This document shows positions 1 through 13,669 of a stretch of 64,000 nt of DNA, piece by piece. Origin of the DNA: Chrysomallon squamiferum (taxonomy: Eukaryota; Animalia; Mollusca); contig CM022671.1 in NCBI GenBank assembly GCA_012295275.1, positions 25,792,001-25,856,000 of the forward strand. Reading direction: 5' to 3'. Below the pieces are notes generated by a model, which ran no database searches, was not told the DNA's origin, and saw only the letters and a program-made list of their open reading frames with translations. The position numbers and the translations under genes are program-made. Numbering within the stretch: position 1 is the stretch's first letter; each line of letters opens with the position of its first letter.

Positions 1-356
1 ATATGATATATAACGTTATGATACATTATTTTGTAATATACAAGTGACGTTAATATTTGCATCATAAACCATCCATTAACGTTTTCTGAACTATAAACAG
101 TCATAAAATACTGAACTCAAAAACAGTTTTAAAGAAATCTCCTAGCATCAACTGAATGGTGGCATAAAATACAAAACGACCAATATAACAAAATGATAGG
201 CAGTAACACTCATACAATGAAAAATTAGTAATTATCAAGCTGCCTACAAAGAAAAGATTTTTTTAATTTCTCTGAAACCATGTATTTATATCTATATATA
301 CAAATCTATCTATCTTTATATATCTAACTAACTACACCTGTATCTCTATCTGTGTA

Positions 357-389
<33 letters not shown>

Positions 390-1658
390 GCAAATATATT
401 GATATTTGACATATCTGATAAAATAACTGCAGTAACAAAAGTAATTCTTCAGTATTTATAACAAAATAAGGAGAGCAGTGGTTGGGATATTTCTAGGTCA
501 GCCAGTATCTCTTAACCGATTTGTGTCATGTAATTTCCTTTGTTTATGGGAAGGTGCTTATAAAAGATCCCTTATTGCTAATTATTATACCTGACCACTG
601 TGTGCCATCATCTGGCAAGTGTAACCATTAATAATAAAATGTGATGATAAACATTTACCAATAAGCCAGCTTGTGAAAACAGCCCAGACAAGGCCACCCA
701 ACCCACACAGTGAACATCACCTGTGACCACAGGTAAAAGAAGCCACCCTTTTCAACAAGACACCTTTGCCACCTGTCGGTGTCCCATTTCGAGGGCCATC
801 AATTTGATCGGGTATTCTTGTCCAAAAATGACACGCAGTGCTATCATTTCTATTACTGTTCGTATGGAAACACATTTCCTTTGTCAAAGACAGCTGTAGT
901 CCAGGCGACCACATGGCTTGGTGAATCCATGACTTTATATTTAGCAAAGTAATAGAATTCACTCTGTAAACATGTGTGTTAATTATTAAACACAGTGCAG
1001 TTATTATTAGATTATTCAGATGTATCTGTTTCAATATTTTAATGCATTCTATTTTATATATAACAGTTTTCTTGTTTATGGTGATTTGGAAAACATAGAA
1101 TAATGTATTCTGAAATGGAAAATAGAATCTACCCTTGTTACTTTATTAACAATACAGACTGATGATCAGCATACAAAATGTAGACCTTCTGTATATATAT
1201 CATAAAATGCATACTGTGCTATTTTCTCAACATTAATTGTATTACTTCCAAATGTCTTTTTTATTTAATTTTGGCAAATTTTTGACAATTACAAGCCTGG
1301 ATTTTTATATTGGATACTACTAAACAATAACTTGCATTTCTCTTTGTTATATTCCAGCAAATCTGAGCAAACAATGCCTCCTATTAATTATGCTAGGTTT
1401 TTTTTTTTTTTTTTGTTCTACAGAAGAATGATGCTGTTATTTCAGTTTACTAAGCCTGCCAGTGTAGCAAGTTGATTGGCTGTTCTTCAAAGGCCACCAC
1501 GAAACAACAACGAGGACGTCAGACCTTGAAGAGCAAATCCTCAAATTAGGTTTCACAAACTTCAATCAGCTGTTCTCTTCCTGGCCTCTGTGGATCATGC
1601 CAAGAAATGACTTGATGCATAAAACACCACAGTTGCATAATCTGGAACATATATATAA

Positions 1659-1691
<33 letters not shown>

Positions 1692-3519
1692 GAAGACGTT
1701 ATTCTCAGTATAAAAATTTGATTTATACATACACATGCATATACACAAACACAACACTGTTATATAGCAATATAATTGTTTGGTAAATAATAAAACATAC
1801 TCAGACTATAATAATTTGGTGTGTGTGTGTGTGTGTGTGTCTGTGTAGGTTTATACAAGAGATTTATAACATAATATTTGGTATAAGGAACACTGATTAT
1901 TCAGAATTTGGTAATTGTACATCTGTGTGTGTATATGAGTATATGTATATACATCTTCATTTACCATTTAGCATATGATTACAAGTATATACATCTTCAT
2001 TTATCATTGTAGCATATGATTTCATGTATAAAACATCCCTGATCACACAGTGACATATGTAACACTTTTGTTCTTAGGACACAGCAACTGGTTCACATAG
2101 CTACAACAATCTGATAAATAAAACATTCACACAATCTGATAGGTAAAAATCAGTAGATTCATGCATATAAAATTTTAAAAAAAATAACTTGATACAGAAA
2201 ACAATCAAATGTTAAAAAGAAAGAAGAAAGTTCATTCTGGGATCACTCAGCTATCAAGCGCTGAATATCTAAACAACTACTTGAGAAAGAAGCCTTGGTG
2301 ATGATAACAGTGATACTCTTCTCTACAACACTGATTGCTGCAGCTGATGTTGACGTTATCATATAAATAACGATATTCACTGGATTCATCTGTTTGAATT
2401 GACGATGCACTCAGATGTCATCTTTCCACCATATTCAGTTCAGTTGCACTCCCAGCATCCCAGCACAACTGAACTTTCTAAACAGCCATTTTCTCACATT
2501 ATTGTACAACCACTGGGCGTGGAATAATAACATTATTACAGTCCAGTGAATTACTACTGTTGTCTAAGAATGTCAATATTAATGATGTGTTGTTATGTAT
2601 ATATATATATGTACAGTATGATACAATAACTTGAGTGATACAATCAGTATGATACAATCAGTGATATACTGAGGTCTTCACTGATACATAAATCTTTAAA
2701 ATATATATATATCAGCTATATCAAAGATATCGCATTCATGTTGTTCAAGTTGTTCTGAATATTAAAACCTATGGATATTCTGCATATAAAAGCTGCATAC
2801 AGTTTATTATATTAGCACTTGTATCAGATGGCTGAATCAATCACTGACTGGAAACATCCATCACAACTGGTGAAGTATTACATATCTGTGGTACGTAATT
2901 TATACAGATAAATGGCTGAACAATTATAAATATTTTATTACACCGATGATATATATAATTATATGTAACAAATGTAGGCTTTTCAATCAAATCATTTGTT
3001 GTAATGCTTCCTGAGTATAGAATTTCAGTTCTGCTGTGTTGTAAATGTGAAGAAAAAAAGTGATTTTTTTTAATTTTTTTTTTTTTTTCAGTGTATCCAT
3101 GCTACTTCCATTCTAACTTCTCAAAATGGGAAAACAAATTCTCACGTAGCTTAAAAATAGAGCTTGTAGATATGCGTGTTGCTGACTGGAAAGGAACGAT
3201 TCAAATAACAAGTAGTGAATAACAAGTTTTTCAAATAGCATAGTTCATGTACCGAGAGACCGACAGAATCAGTGAGAATAAGCTACACATATTCGACAAG
3301 CACATTGCATAAGTGAGCTAACTTACATGTGATCTGTTCTATGGCAAAAGATGTGCTATTCTGCATCAGTGCTGAATGAAACTGAAATGACTAAGAACTG
3401 ATAATCAGCAGCTATGTGGTGATGATGAGCTATGCAGGTAGTCATGGGTAAGAAATAAGAAGAGCTATTTGAAGACTATGATGAACTATCCAAGTACTGA
3501 TAGGTGAAAATGAAAATGA

Positions 3520-3880
3520 GCTATCCAGCTAGTAACATTATTTAAATGAAGATGAGCTATCAAATTATTAATATTCTAATGACAATAACCTGTCAAACTG
3601 CTAACATTACTAGAATCAAGATGAGCTATCCAAACTCTGAATTCAGATGACCTATCAAACTGCTAACATTACTTGAATGAAGATGAGCTATCCAGACTCT
3701 GAATTCAGATGACCTATCAAACTGCTAACATTACTAAAATTAACATGAGCTATCCAAACTCTGAACACATATGACCTATCAAACTGCTAACATTACTAGA
3801 ATGGTGATGAGCTATCCAAGCCATGTGAACATGGATGATGAGTTATCCAAGCCGTGTGAACGAAGACGAGCTATCCCAGT
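3520..3880. repeat. 62-bp minisatellite (about 4-5 copies) with degenerate flanking copies
   Basis: ATGAGCTATCC recurs at 3621, 3683, 3745 and 3807 (exact 62-bp period), unit ~ACCTATCAAACTGCTAACATTACTAGAATNAAGATGAGCTATCCAAACTCTGAATTCAGATG. Looser GAGCTA-anchored copies extend to ~3280. Confidence 0.9.
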
Positions 3881-5476
3881 ATTGACCAGTACACCATATT
3901 GACTGAACTCCCAGTGGCCTGCTGCTGACTTGTCAGAGAGATGGGCTGTGATGGCCTTGCTGCTGTCTCTCCACTAGGCCACAAGTTCACACCCAGGTCA
4001 GACACAAGTCATCCTTTAACGCCAGTGTTTATTAAAAAGACAGCTGCCAAACAGCACCCATACAAATGTTGTGCTGTATTGTTTCTGGTTCACTTGTAAT
4101 CATAAAAAAATATAAAATGTGTAAAAGAACACTTTTTTTTTTCTTTCTTTCTTTCTTTTTTTGATTAAGACTGCTTTTTTGATTAAGACCAGTGGTTGCT
4201 TGAATACTATAAAATACTAGGCAACAGATGAATTTTGTTTTTATAGGAATTCTAAATATTAGTAGCAGTTTTAGTTTTTGTTCATGCATTATACTTCTGA
4301 TATGATTGTGTAAATAGTCAAAAGGTCAGATCTCCAAAGTACACTCCTTGGACCCGTTTCCCATTCCAAACAATTGTCAGTAAGCTTTAAATAGGACAAA
4401 TCATAATTCTAAACAATTAGTGGTGATACAATGACAATATATTTCATGACTTTCACTGTCAGAAATTATTCTAATTTATTTATGGTGAATAAGTATCTAT
4501 TATAGATATATATATATATACGTACACACACTCACACACATGTGTTATGATGGGATTCTACTGAAATCATTGCACAATTTAATATTTCTACGCATGAATT
4601 TCTACTGACGGTTAAGAAATTTATTTATACTTCATATTAAAGAGCAGATGCCATGTGTCACAGTTATGATGTTATATTACAAATCATGACTACTATCACT
4701 ATGGCAGTTATTATTCTAGAACAGAAACAGAACTGTATCTTCCACAGTTACAGTAGTCATAGTTTGTAATACAACATATTTATCACAAGTAATTTTTAAT
4801 GTATTACATACATACGTACGTACGTACGTACATACAAAAAGTTATATATCTATGTACCCAATAATATAGGCATATATTACACATACATGTATATACATTT
4901 TATAAGTGCTTATATGCATACATGTATATAATATATATATAATTATGTATTTATGAACCTGATGAAATAGCTACATACTACATGGACATGTCTATATACA
5001 CATATATTCAACATCACGAAGGAATTAAAACTGATAACTCTTTAACCACTGAATGACAGATAACACTCCTACTAAATACAGTCTGTGTATCTGCTACTGA
5101 CAATAACAGATTATAAATTAGTTTCTTTTAAAACCTTCTTTCTACACATTCTGTCTGGGGTGCCATAACAATGGTTTATATTTTATCCACTGATAAGTTT
5201 TTCTGGTGGCATTTTGATTTTCTTTCTATCCCTAATATAGTATACCTCAAGGTTGTCGTAAAACAGAATGTCTTGTACCTGTTTCAGTATTCTTAAATCA
5301 CATATATACACATACAAATCGGTAAGATAATGGGTAAAGAATCTTTTAAGGAATGATTAAAATATAAGATGAGTTTATATTAAATTTTTATGATTAAAAT
5401 GAAAAAAAAATAATAATAATAATAAAATATTTATTATTTTAAATGCATAAACACAAAACTGGACCACTAAATTTTA

Positions 5477-5508
<32 letters not shown>

Positions 5509-5629
5509 GAAATTTCATTACACTTACCAATATACTGCTACTCAAAACAATAAATATTTGTTAATGTGTCTAGATATTTTTGAAAAAATACCAAATAATA
5601 GTATTGTTATACATGTGCTGTATTACAGA

Positions 5630-5920
5630 AGAAACAGTACAACATTGTACTTCATAACCATATACATAACTGTTGTAATGTTGGAGTAACTGTAGAACAT
5701 TGTATTTCACAATACAACAATGTATTAGAAAGTTGTACATCTTATTTCATAAAACTACGTTATGTACTGAAAGAATTGTGCAACATTGTATTTTAAAGTA
5801 CTGTTTACTAAAAGAAACTGTATAATGTGGTACATCAGTGTCCATATAATACTGAAAGCATTATTTCAGTGTACCATCAGATGAAAGAATAGTACCACTA
5901 TTGAAACTGTACAACATTCC
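5630..5920. repeat. Degenerate tandem repeat (AACTGTACAACATTGTATTT-like)
   Basis: About six diverged copies of aactgtacaacattgtattt, roughly 40-90 bp apart. Confidence 0.5.
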
Positions 5921-6197
5921 TCCAGCAGACTTGGTGTGGTTTACTATCTTACTGCATGTGTACAACAGGCCCCATCTAGTGATAAGGTTGATTAAATCTG
6001 CCTCTTCTACAGCCCTGATTTAATGAGCTACTGGGTCTCCCCTGTCTGTCTGCCTGAGTCTATCTTCATGGTCTGTGCAAATCTTGAGAGAGAAACTTCA
6101 TCCCATATGAAGTGCCAGACTTCAGTTCCAGACAGAAAGAAAATGCATTTGCTGATAACAGTAGTACATAAAATATCCGAGGATCATGCTTGTGGGA

Positions 6198-6236
<39 letters not shown>

Positions 6237-9200
6237 ACAAACAAACAAAGGCTGCTGTTCACAAACAGAACAAATTTCACTTGAAGCTGTCTACTGCCTG
6301 TCTTATAGTGTCCAAGGTTTAACTATATATATATATATGTGTGTGTGTACATGGGTATATATATATATATATATATATATTTACTTACATACACACATTA
6401 TGTTTTATTATATATAATATTCTATAAAGCAGATTCAAGCAATCTTTAATGTTTTATAACTGCAAATATCTAAAAAAAAAAATAATAATAATAATAAAAA
6501 AAAATAATGGTGCATGTCAAAAGAACAGTTACATAATGGTGCATGTAATTTGAAAAGATTATACTGCAGTTGTTTTTTAAGGTGAAATGCCAATATCTCA
6601 AGTACGATAACTGTGGTAATAAAGATAACAATGTAAAAAAATAAAACAAAATAAAACAAAACAAAAACTAAATATATTATAATAATACAATACACAGGCC
6701 TGTATGTTTGTAAATTATCAAAAAAAAATTTAAAAATTTATAATAATAACAAAATATGTAAAAAAACTAATAAATTGAACAATTTAAAACTAAGATAACA
6801 CTTTTTTTATATATATATACAAGATAGGAGAAACCTGTAACAATGACTAGGAGCCAGTGCTTACAGGTTTGTGATACATCTCATAAAGAATGTGCCAGAC
6901 AGGTTAAGTATGTGGGTCAGTGTTTCCATACATCCCCACCAAACACTATCTTTTGTTCTAAAATGTGCTTATCTCATCTAAATGTATAGATGCTCCTCCA
7001 CTCACCTAAACAAATGCACTCTTGTATTATTAGCTACAAACACAGGCATTCCTGTATAGTGATGGATACCGTTTGTGGTGTACATAATGTTATTATTTCT
7101 TTGAACTGTTTGCATGCAGTTTTTCTTCAACATTTACGGTATTTTAAGCTACACGTGTAAATAAATAAATATATAAACCTATATTTACCTTAAATATTTA
7201 GATTTAGTGGTAGTGGCAGTTATAAAAGCTTATGAATCTGAACAGGTTTAAAATTAAGATTTAAAAAAAAATGTTATCTCCAACATGGTGTCCATATTTG
7301 TATATCAACTCATTAATATAGTAGTTACTCAATACACAGCTGTACACACAAAAAAAGTAAACAAACCTTTTGAGAAAAAAATATGATTCACATTATTCAT
7401 GTATATATATATATATGTGTGTGTGTGTGTCCATGCATGTCCAATATGTGAACACAGATTTATTTGTATACATATGCACATACAACCATTTGAGTATACA
7501 CTTTTGTAAAGTTGAACATAATTATTTTAACCTTTATTCTTTTGGCAGCATGAACAAACCTGAACATTATTAAGTTACACACACACACACACACACAGAT
7601 ATTAAAACGTGACAGGAAAATTTAGTTGTACTGGTTCATACAAAATAAAAACAAAGTTAAAACGAAATCTGAATGTAATATTCTGCAACCAGTTCACTAA
7701 AGTATTGACGTATCTGAGTGAACGACCGACTGTATGACGAAATCATTTACTATACAAGCAGTAGTTGTCAGCAACAAGGGAGTGCCTAATGCTTGAAGTA
7801 AGGAAAGCACGTACAAGACACCAATCCCATAGTTATTATAAGATAACATATTACACATTCAATTAACAACCGACAGCAACAAATGCAAGAGTGTATTTTG
7901 TATTAGTTACAATAAAAAAAAAAATTAAAATTAAAAAAAAAAAATCTTGACAATCAGCCAAAGAAAATGGAAGCACAAGTTGTTACTTACAATTATTTAT
8001 AAAATAAAAATTAAAGGAAGAACTGAAGTTTTAACTAGCACGTAACAGTTATTTTCCCTGTTACTGAAATGTAAGAATGCCTTTTCTCTTTTATAATTCA
8101 TAAACAGACTCACCACACAAATGTTTTCAGTGTATGTATATTGTTTGAAATACCATCTTGACATTAAATTTTTCAAATAATATTTAAAGTTTTGGGTCTG
8201 TGTTACAGTGTTCACACCAATGTACAGAAATTATACAGAAGACAGAAATAAGTGAAAACGACAAAAGAGAAATTAATGACTGTACAGGTAAATGATGTAA
8301 TATTTAGTCATTTTATTTTTTATTAATAACAAAATTTATCCCAGCCCAGATTCTTTAAGAAAAACTGAATAAAACATATTTACAATGTATGTTTAGTAAT
8401 ACATACTTAATCCCAATTTACTAACTAATTTATAGTACATGCATTATATTAGTAAAGAAAATATAAAAGGGAACTGTACAACTTTGTTGGATATCATACC
8501 AACATACCAAAGGAAATTATATAACATTGTATGACATAGTATCATATTAAAATAGTATCAGGTAAAATTAATATGATTGATGTATTTAATTAATCTATGT
8601 GTGTTGATATTTTATGATATTTCAAAATGAAGAAGTTGTTTTACTGGGGTTTATACCTACTCAGCATATTCAGTGATACTTTGTTTTATAACTAGCTAAC
8701 AATCTTTTAAAATATCATGAGCTAACACACTAGTTCTTTGTCATTAAAACTGTAAATTAGTTCTATAGTATTTTAAAGCAAGACTTCATATGTGCAAGGA
8801 TGAAAAACAATGTATAATTCTTATCACAGAAAGAGATTAACATTCTGATTATATATAAATTTTATATTTGCGGTCAAAATTACAAATACATTGTTTTGAA
8901 AAGATTCATTTATAAATAATCTGTACAACAATTTATATAAAACAGTTTCAACTAAAAACATGTCCATACAGGTGTAAATTATTATTATTTTTTTTTTTTA
9001 ATTTAAATTTTTTTTATTTGCCTAATTTATTTGAGCTTGTTTAAGCCCAACCCACTGACCTACATTTGGGATAATTACATGCTGGTTATATATTCCTTTT
9101 ATACAATTATGAAATCTTTGTTGGCAATTAAAAAAATAAAATAAAAAATAAGTGAAATATTTATTCCTGTATGTTTATTATCCGCGATCATCTGCGGTAC

Positions 9201-9544
9201 ATCGTATGTAAAACACCACTGGGTAGTAAACCTGATTCATTGTCCCACCCTTAACAGAGGCAAGCCCAGTCGAGTTCACTCACTCACTCACAAAGAGACG
9301 AACACAGTTCATCAAGTTTACAACTATTTTACTGAAAACAATGGAACGAAATCACAAAAAGTGAATCGAGCAAAATATCAGAGAGACTTCGAGATGTGTT
9401 CCGCATTTCCAGTCTAAATCGTATCGGGTCGTTTAGCTGGTGACATCAACGTTTTCAGTTGACACGTCGAAACGTACACAAAGGATTTTTTTTTTTTTTT
9501 TTTTGCACAAGACGACAAAAGAAATGTGGAAAATTTATGCTCAC

Positions 9545-9729
9545 CAAACTACGCCAAAAGCCCCGTATCCTATCGGTCTGTCGGGTTGTATATCCTGTGG
9601 CTGAACAACCTGAAAGTATGGGACGGTCACAGCGGCAGCTAGAATTGCCTGTTGGGACGTACTTTGGGCTAGGCCACCCTGAAAAGTCATGATATGTCTG
9701 GACGGCAGTCGGTTTCCTACCAGCGCCAT
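9545..9729 (-). CDS. NLK: Nemo-like kinase (NLK/nemo), first coding exon; remaining exons not found in this window
   Basis: Translates to ...QPQDIQPDRPIGYGAFGVVW, the NLK/nemo kinase subdomain I Gly-loop. It ends at a phase-2 donor (TG|GTGAGC) at 9545/9544. Possible ATGs are at 9729 and 9690. No further kinase exon was recognised in 1-9544, so this is presumably a long first intron. Confidence 0.9.
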
Positions 9730-9939
9730 TACAAATCCATATACAACTTGCACTCGACCCGTCCGGTCGAAAAATTATGTGAACTGTAATTCTCCTGAAG
9801 GCAGCATGCCCGGAATCGATGCTTATCTCTTCGGCAGTGACTCCCCTACTAATCTGGAGAGTTTGGTGACTAAAGGTGAAGTTTTGACGGAGAAAATCGA
9901 CATAAAACAGTTAGTAAGACGGGGCACTGACTCACTCAG

Positions 9940-10060
9940 GCTTGTGAGTCCAGCACACAAAGACGATCACGTGACCACGCCTGTTCGTTTCCCAAGATTC
10001 AAAGGCCATTTCCTCTTGCCGATGCGATCAGCTGACTGCTCAATGGGATTAACCAGATAA
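9940..10060 (-). promoter_or_regulatory. Putative NLK promoter region (CpG-richer, with an E-box)
   Basis: Locally GC/CpG-rich stretch upstream of the NLK exon, with the palindromic E-box TCACGTGA at 9967-9974. Confidence 0.35.
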
Positions 10061-10514
10061 TGGTTCTAAACCGGTTTATTCGTTACTGCTGGTTTGTTTA
10101 AATACTAATTAAATGAGAAGAAAGACAATTTATCACTGAAAAGAAAAAACGAAAAAAAGAAAGAAAGAAGAAGTATAGACTTCCTTAAACCAAACGATGT
10201 TATTTATAGTAACAGATATTAACAATGGAAAATATTACTTTTAAATGTATCTTATCCAATCAGAATTTTCGTAATTAGCATATGTGTAATTACATTACAA
10301 GCACTTGTATTAAAAAATCATTACAACTTTAGTATCGACAGTTTTACCTAAATTAAGACACTAATTTTGTTCACTAAAATTAATTTAAGTCAGTGATTTC
10401 CTTCTTATATATTTTTTTTTTTTATTATTATTATTATATTTTAATTTTTTTTTTTTTTTTTAAAGTTATGATTGCAGTTATTGGTTTGGTTTAGATACCT
10501 GAATGTAATGTTTT

Positions 10515-10638
10515 GATCACTACTGCTGCTGCTGCTGCTGGTGCTACTATTACTACAACAACAACAACTACTACTACTACTAATAATAATAATGATAATA
10601 ATAATGACAATAATAATATTAATGTCATTGCAGCCTCA

Positions 10639-10721
<83 letters not shown>

Positions 10722-10787
10722 TAATAATAATGACAATAATAATATTAATGTCATTGCAGCCTCAACTACTACTACTACTACTACTAC

Positions 10788-10823
<36 letters not shown>

Positions 10824-10945
10824 CAGTAATAATGTTATTACAGCTACAACTTTCAATGTTTCTGCCATTGCTATTACATCTATTACTACTACTACCACTA
10901 CTACTACTACTACTACTACTAACAACAACAGCAATAATAAATAAA
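10515..10945. repeat. Compound trinucleotide microsatellite (GCT/ACT/AAT) with an internal duplication
   Basis: (ACT)n/(AAT)n runs; the block GATAATAATAATGACAATAATAATATTAATGTCATTGCAGCCTCAACT occurs twice. This explains the poly-T/N/L/V ORFs in the track. Confidence 0.95.
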
Positions 10946-13379
10946 TAAATACAAATTGTGTATGTGGTCATTATGAACATCTGAATGACTAAATAAAATG
11001 AAATATAAGGTGAACATTTATGTCAGCACATGTATATACTTACACAGATGCGCGCGCTCACGCACACGTGCCCACGCATAGAGATTTACGAGAAAACCCA
11101 CAGTCACGTACGCCTGTCGCTAATACACTATACGTACACAAATACACACGTTTATGCACATATATGCACGTACGAATACTGTTGCTGACATGTAACAGAA
11201 ATTCATATAACACAGATTTTAAAACACCCATCACATAATTATACATGATGCTAATATACAGAGCGATACATGTATGTATTCACGTCACACATATAACATA
11301 TTTTCGACACTGTGTATATATATATATATTTTACAAAGATGAACAGGACTTAGTGTGTATTCAAATTACTTCTACTGTGTACAAGTGTCGTTCACATACA
11401 CAAACACAAAGACACTAATAAATACGATACAGAATAAAATTTTAATATACAGATTCATTAATACTGCTAATGCCATATACTACTACTGTTACTGCTACAG
11501 TTATACTCAAACACTGAAATAAGTATAATACTATTACTACTGTATCAACGTTTTGTTGTACAGAAGCAACATAGATTATTCAGTTGCTGTGTGTTGAAAA
11601 AAAAATAGAACTTGACGTCATTTTGAAACAAAAAGCAAGTTCATTGTACATGTAATAAAATCACTCGCAGCATTACAACCTGGTTACAAAGCTTAATAGA
11701 CTTCCCTTTCTAACTTGTCTATCGTACTAACTTGATCTTTCGTTTACTGTTTATAAGTTGACACCTAATTTTCAGCCGAAATTGTGTGACTTTTTACGAT
11801 GTCCTGCATGTAACGCTAAAATAATAATAATAATAATAAAAATAGTAATAATAATAATAAAATTTAAAAAAAAAAAAAAAAAAAGAGAAGAAAACAGGCA
11901 TAGGGTCAACGTAGGTTTTCAATATTTCATTGATGAAATCAGTCAGAATCGTTCTTTTTGACAATTTGTGTGAGAGTTCATTTCTCTACAAACGAACAGA
12001 CTAAAAGAAAATGATCCTGTACATTTTTTGTGCTCTTTTCAATTCAAAAAAGTTTCAACGTAATTTTGAACGTTTTCGAATCAAGAATAAAAAAGCAAAA
12101 ACAAAACAAAACAAAACAAAACTATAATAAAATTGTAACTGAAAACAAATGCTACCGCTTGACAAATATTATATTTGGATCAAAAGTCTGACAAGATAAT
12201 TACGTGACGTTTGTATATGTCAAGATGGATATTTTCACCCGTATTTTGGTTCTCAGAAACTCGACTTAAAAGCAGAGAAATGCTGTATATACTTACTCCA
12301 TTGCTATCTTTTTTTTATTTTGTGAATTTTAATTTAAATTTTTTTTTATTATTATTATTTATTTATTAATATTATTATTATTATTTTATTTTTTGTATAC
12401 TTTTTAATTTATTTATTATTATTATTTTTTTTTTCATTATTTATTAATTTATTTTTAGTTTAGTTTAGTTTAGTTTAGTTTAGTTTTTTTTTTTTTAGTT
12501 TAGTTTCTATTTATTTATTTTTTTATTCAGTTTACTTTAGTTAACTTTATGAATAGGTGTGTGTTGTTCGTTCTTTAGAAAGTCTGATTCGATAAAATAA
12601 TTAATTCTTTCCCGTCGATGTAGGCCTACGACTGAAGGCGGACAGGGGGATGGGGACAATTGCTGTCTCAGATTCAGTGAGAAAAACAGTTGGCAACATT
12701 TGGGCAAGACAAGAAGAAACTGATATTTTTGTTTTTTTATCTGTGTAAAATTTCGGTTACGTCAACTCCTCTGGCCCCCCCACACACACACACACACACA
12801 CACCAAATAATCACCATTTGCAACAGTCTTTCCCTGGTTTGGGCTGGCAAGAGTTGTCTTACCAGGTGAATCAATGTAATCATATGGCAGCGGCAAAAAA
12901 TCGAATAATCTGCGCTCGAGGGGAGAATACAGTTCTGGTACCTCCACCCCCACTTGAGTCATTCGTGAGATGTAATACATTACGTGATTTGTGACGTATT
13001 ATTCGATTTAATTAAAGAATCATTTACCACTTCACCGTAGCCAAAAATAGAATTCAACGTGCTGTTTGTATTTTCCAAAGGAAAGATACTTATAAATAGT
13101 GGTTTTTAATTTGAATTTGAATTTTAACTGTTTCACTTTAACTGTTTTATGATTTTACAATGATTTAAAAATAATAATGAAAATGAACAGTACTTGTTTT
13201 CCTTGGTTTTTCAGTTTTACAGTCTGGCATTTATTTTAAAAACTGACGTATTCGCATGAACTTTACCCTCGATACATCGCTTACTAGACTGACATTAATT
13301 TCTACACGTGTCATTAGGATAAAACTGTACTTTGTATGATCTCTGCTCTATTTAAAATTAATTTGTATTATCCAATTAG

Positions 13380-13565
13380 ATGTATTTTCTGCGAATCACT
13401 GCGAAGTTTTCAGTCAAATATAATTTGAACTCCCCCCCCTTTTTTTTTCCTTTTTTTCTTGGGGGGGGTAATGTTTCTAAATATAGATTGGGGTATTCCA
13501 GAACATTCAAACAGCGCCATTATTTTTACAGCTGACGTGATATTTAAGTTTAAACTCAGTTATTC
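13380..13565 (+). promoter_or_regulatory. Promoter of IL-1-like copy 1: kappaB site, CRE-like element, Inr-like motif
   Basis: GGGGTATTCC at 13490-13499 fits GGGRNWYYCC; TGACGTGA at ~13533; TCAGTT at 13556. Confidence 0.55.
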
Positions 13566-13669
13566 CGACATTTAAACTCTATGGTAAAGACGTTGATCGG
13601 AGCTCGAACGTACTCGAAGCTGAAGAAACTTGTTCGGCTACACATTTGTCAAAACCGAGGTTAGAAATA

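Noticed and set aside
3520-3880. Regularly spaced repeat as a possible CRISPR array
   Set aside because: The whole 62-bp unit repeats with no unique spacers, no cas genes are present, and the context is a eukaryotic intron.
1-9544. Additional NLK exons or other genes (e.g. ORF 717-1034)
   Set aside because: No kinase motifs or convincing exon chain found by eye; treated as intron, though small exons could have been missed.
9689-10060. 123-aa plus-strand ORF
   Set aside because: Antisense to the NLK 5' region with no recognisable motif; best explained by locally higher GC.
10491-10980. Poly-L/V/T/N ORFs that look like membrane or mucin proteins
   Set aside because: Translation of trinucleotide microsatellites, open in several frames on both strands.
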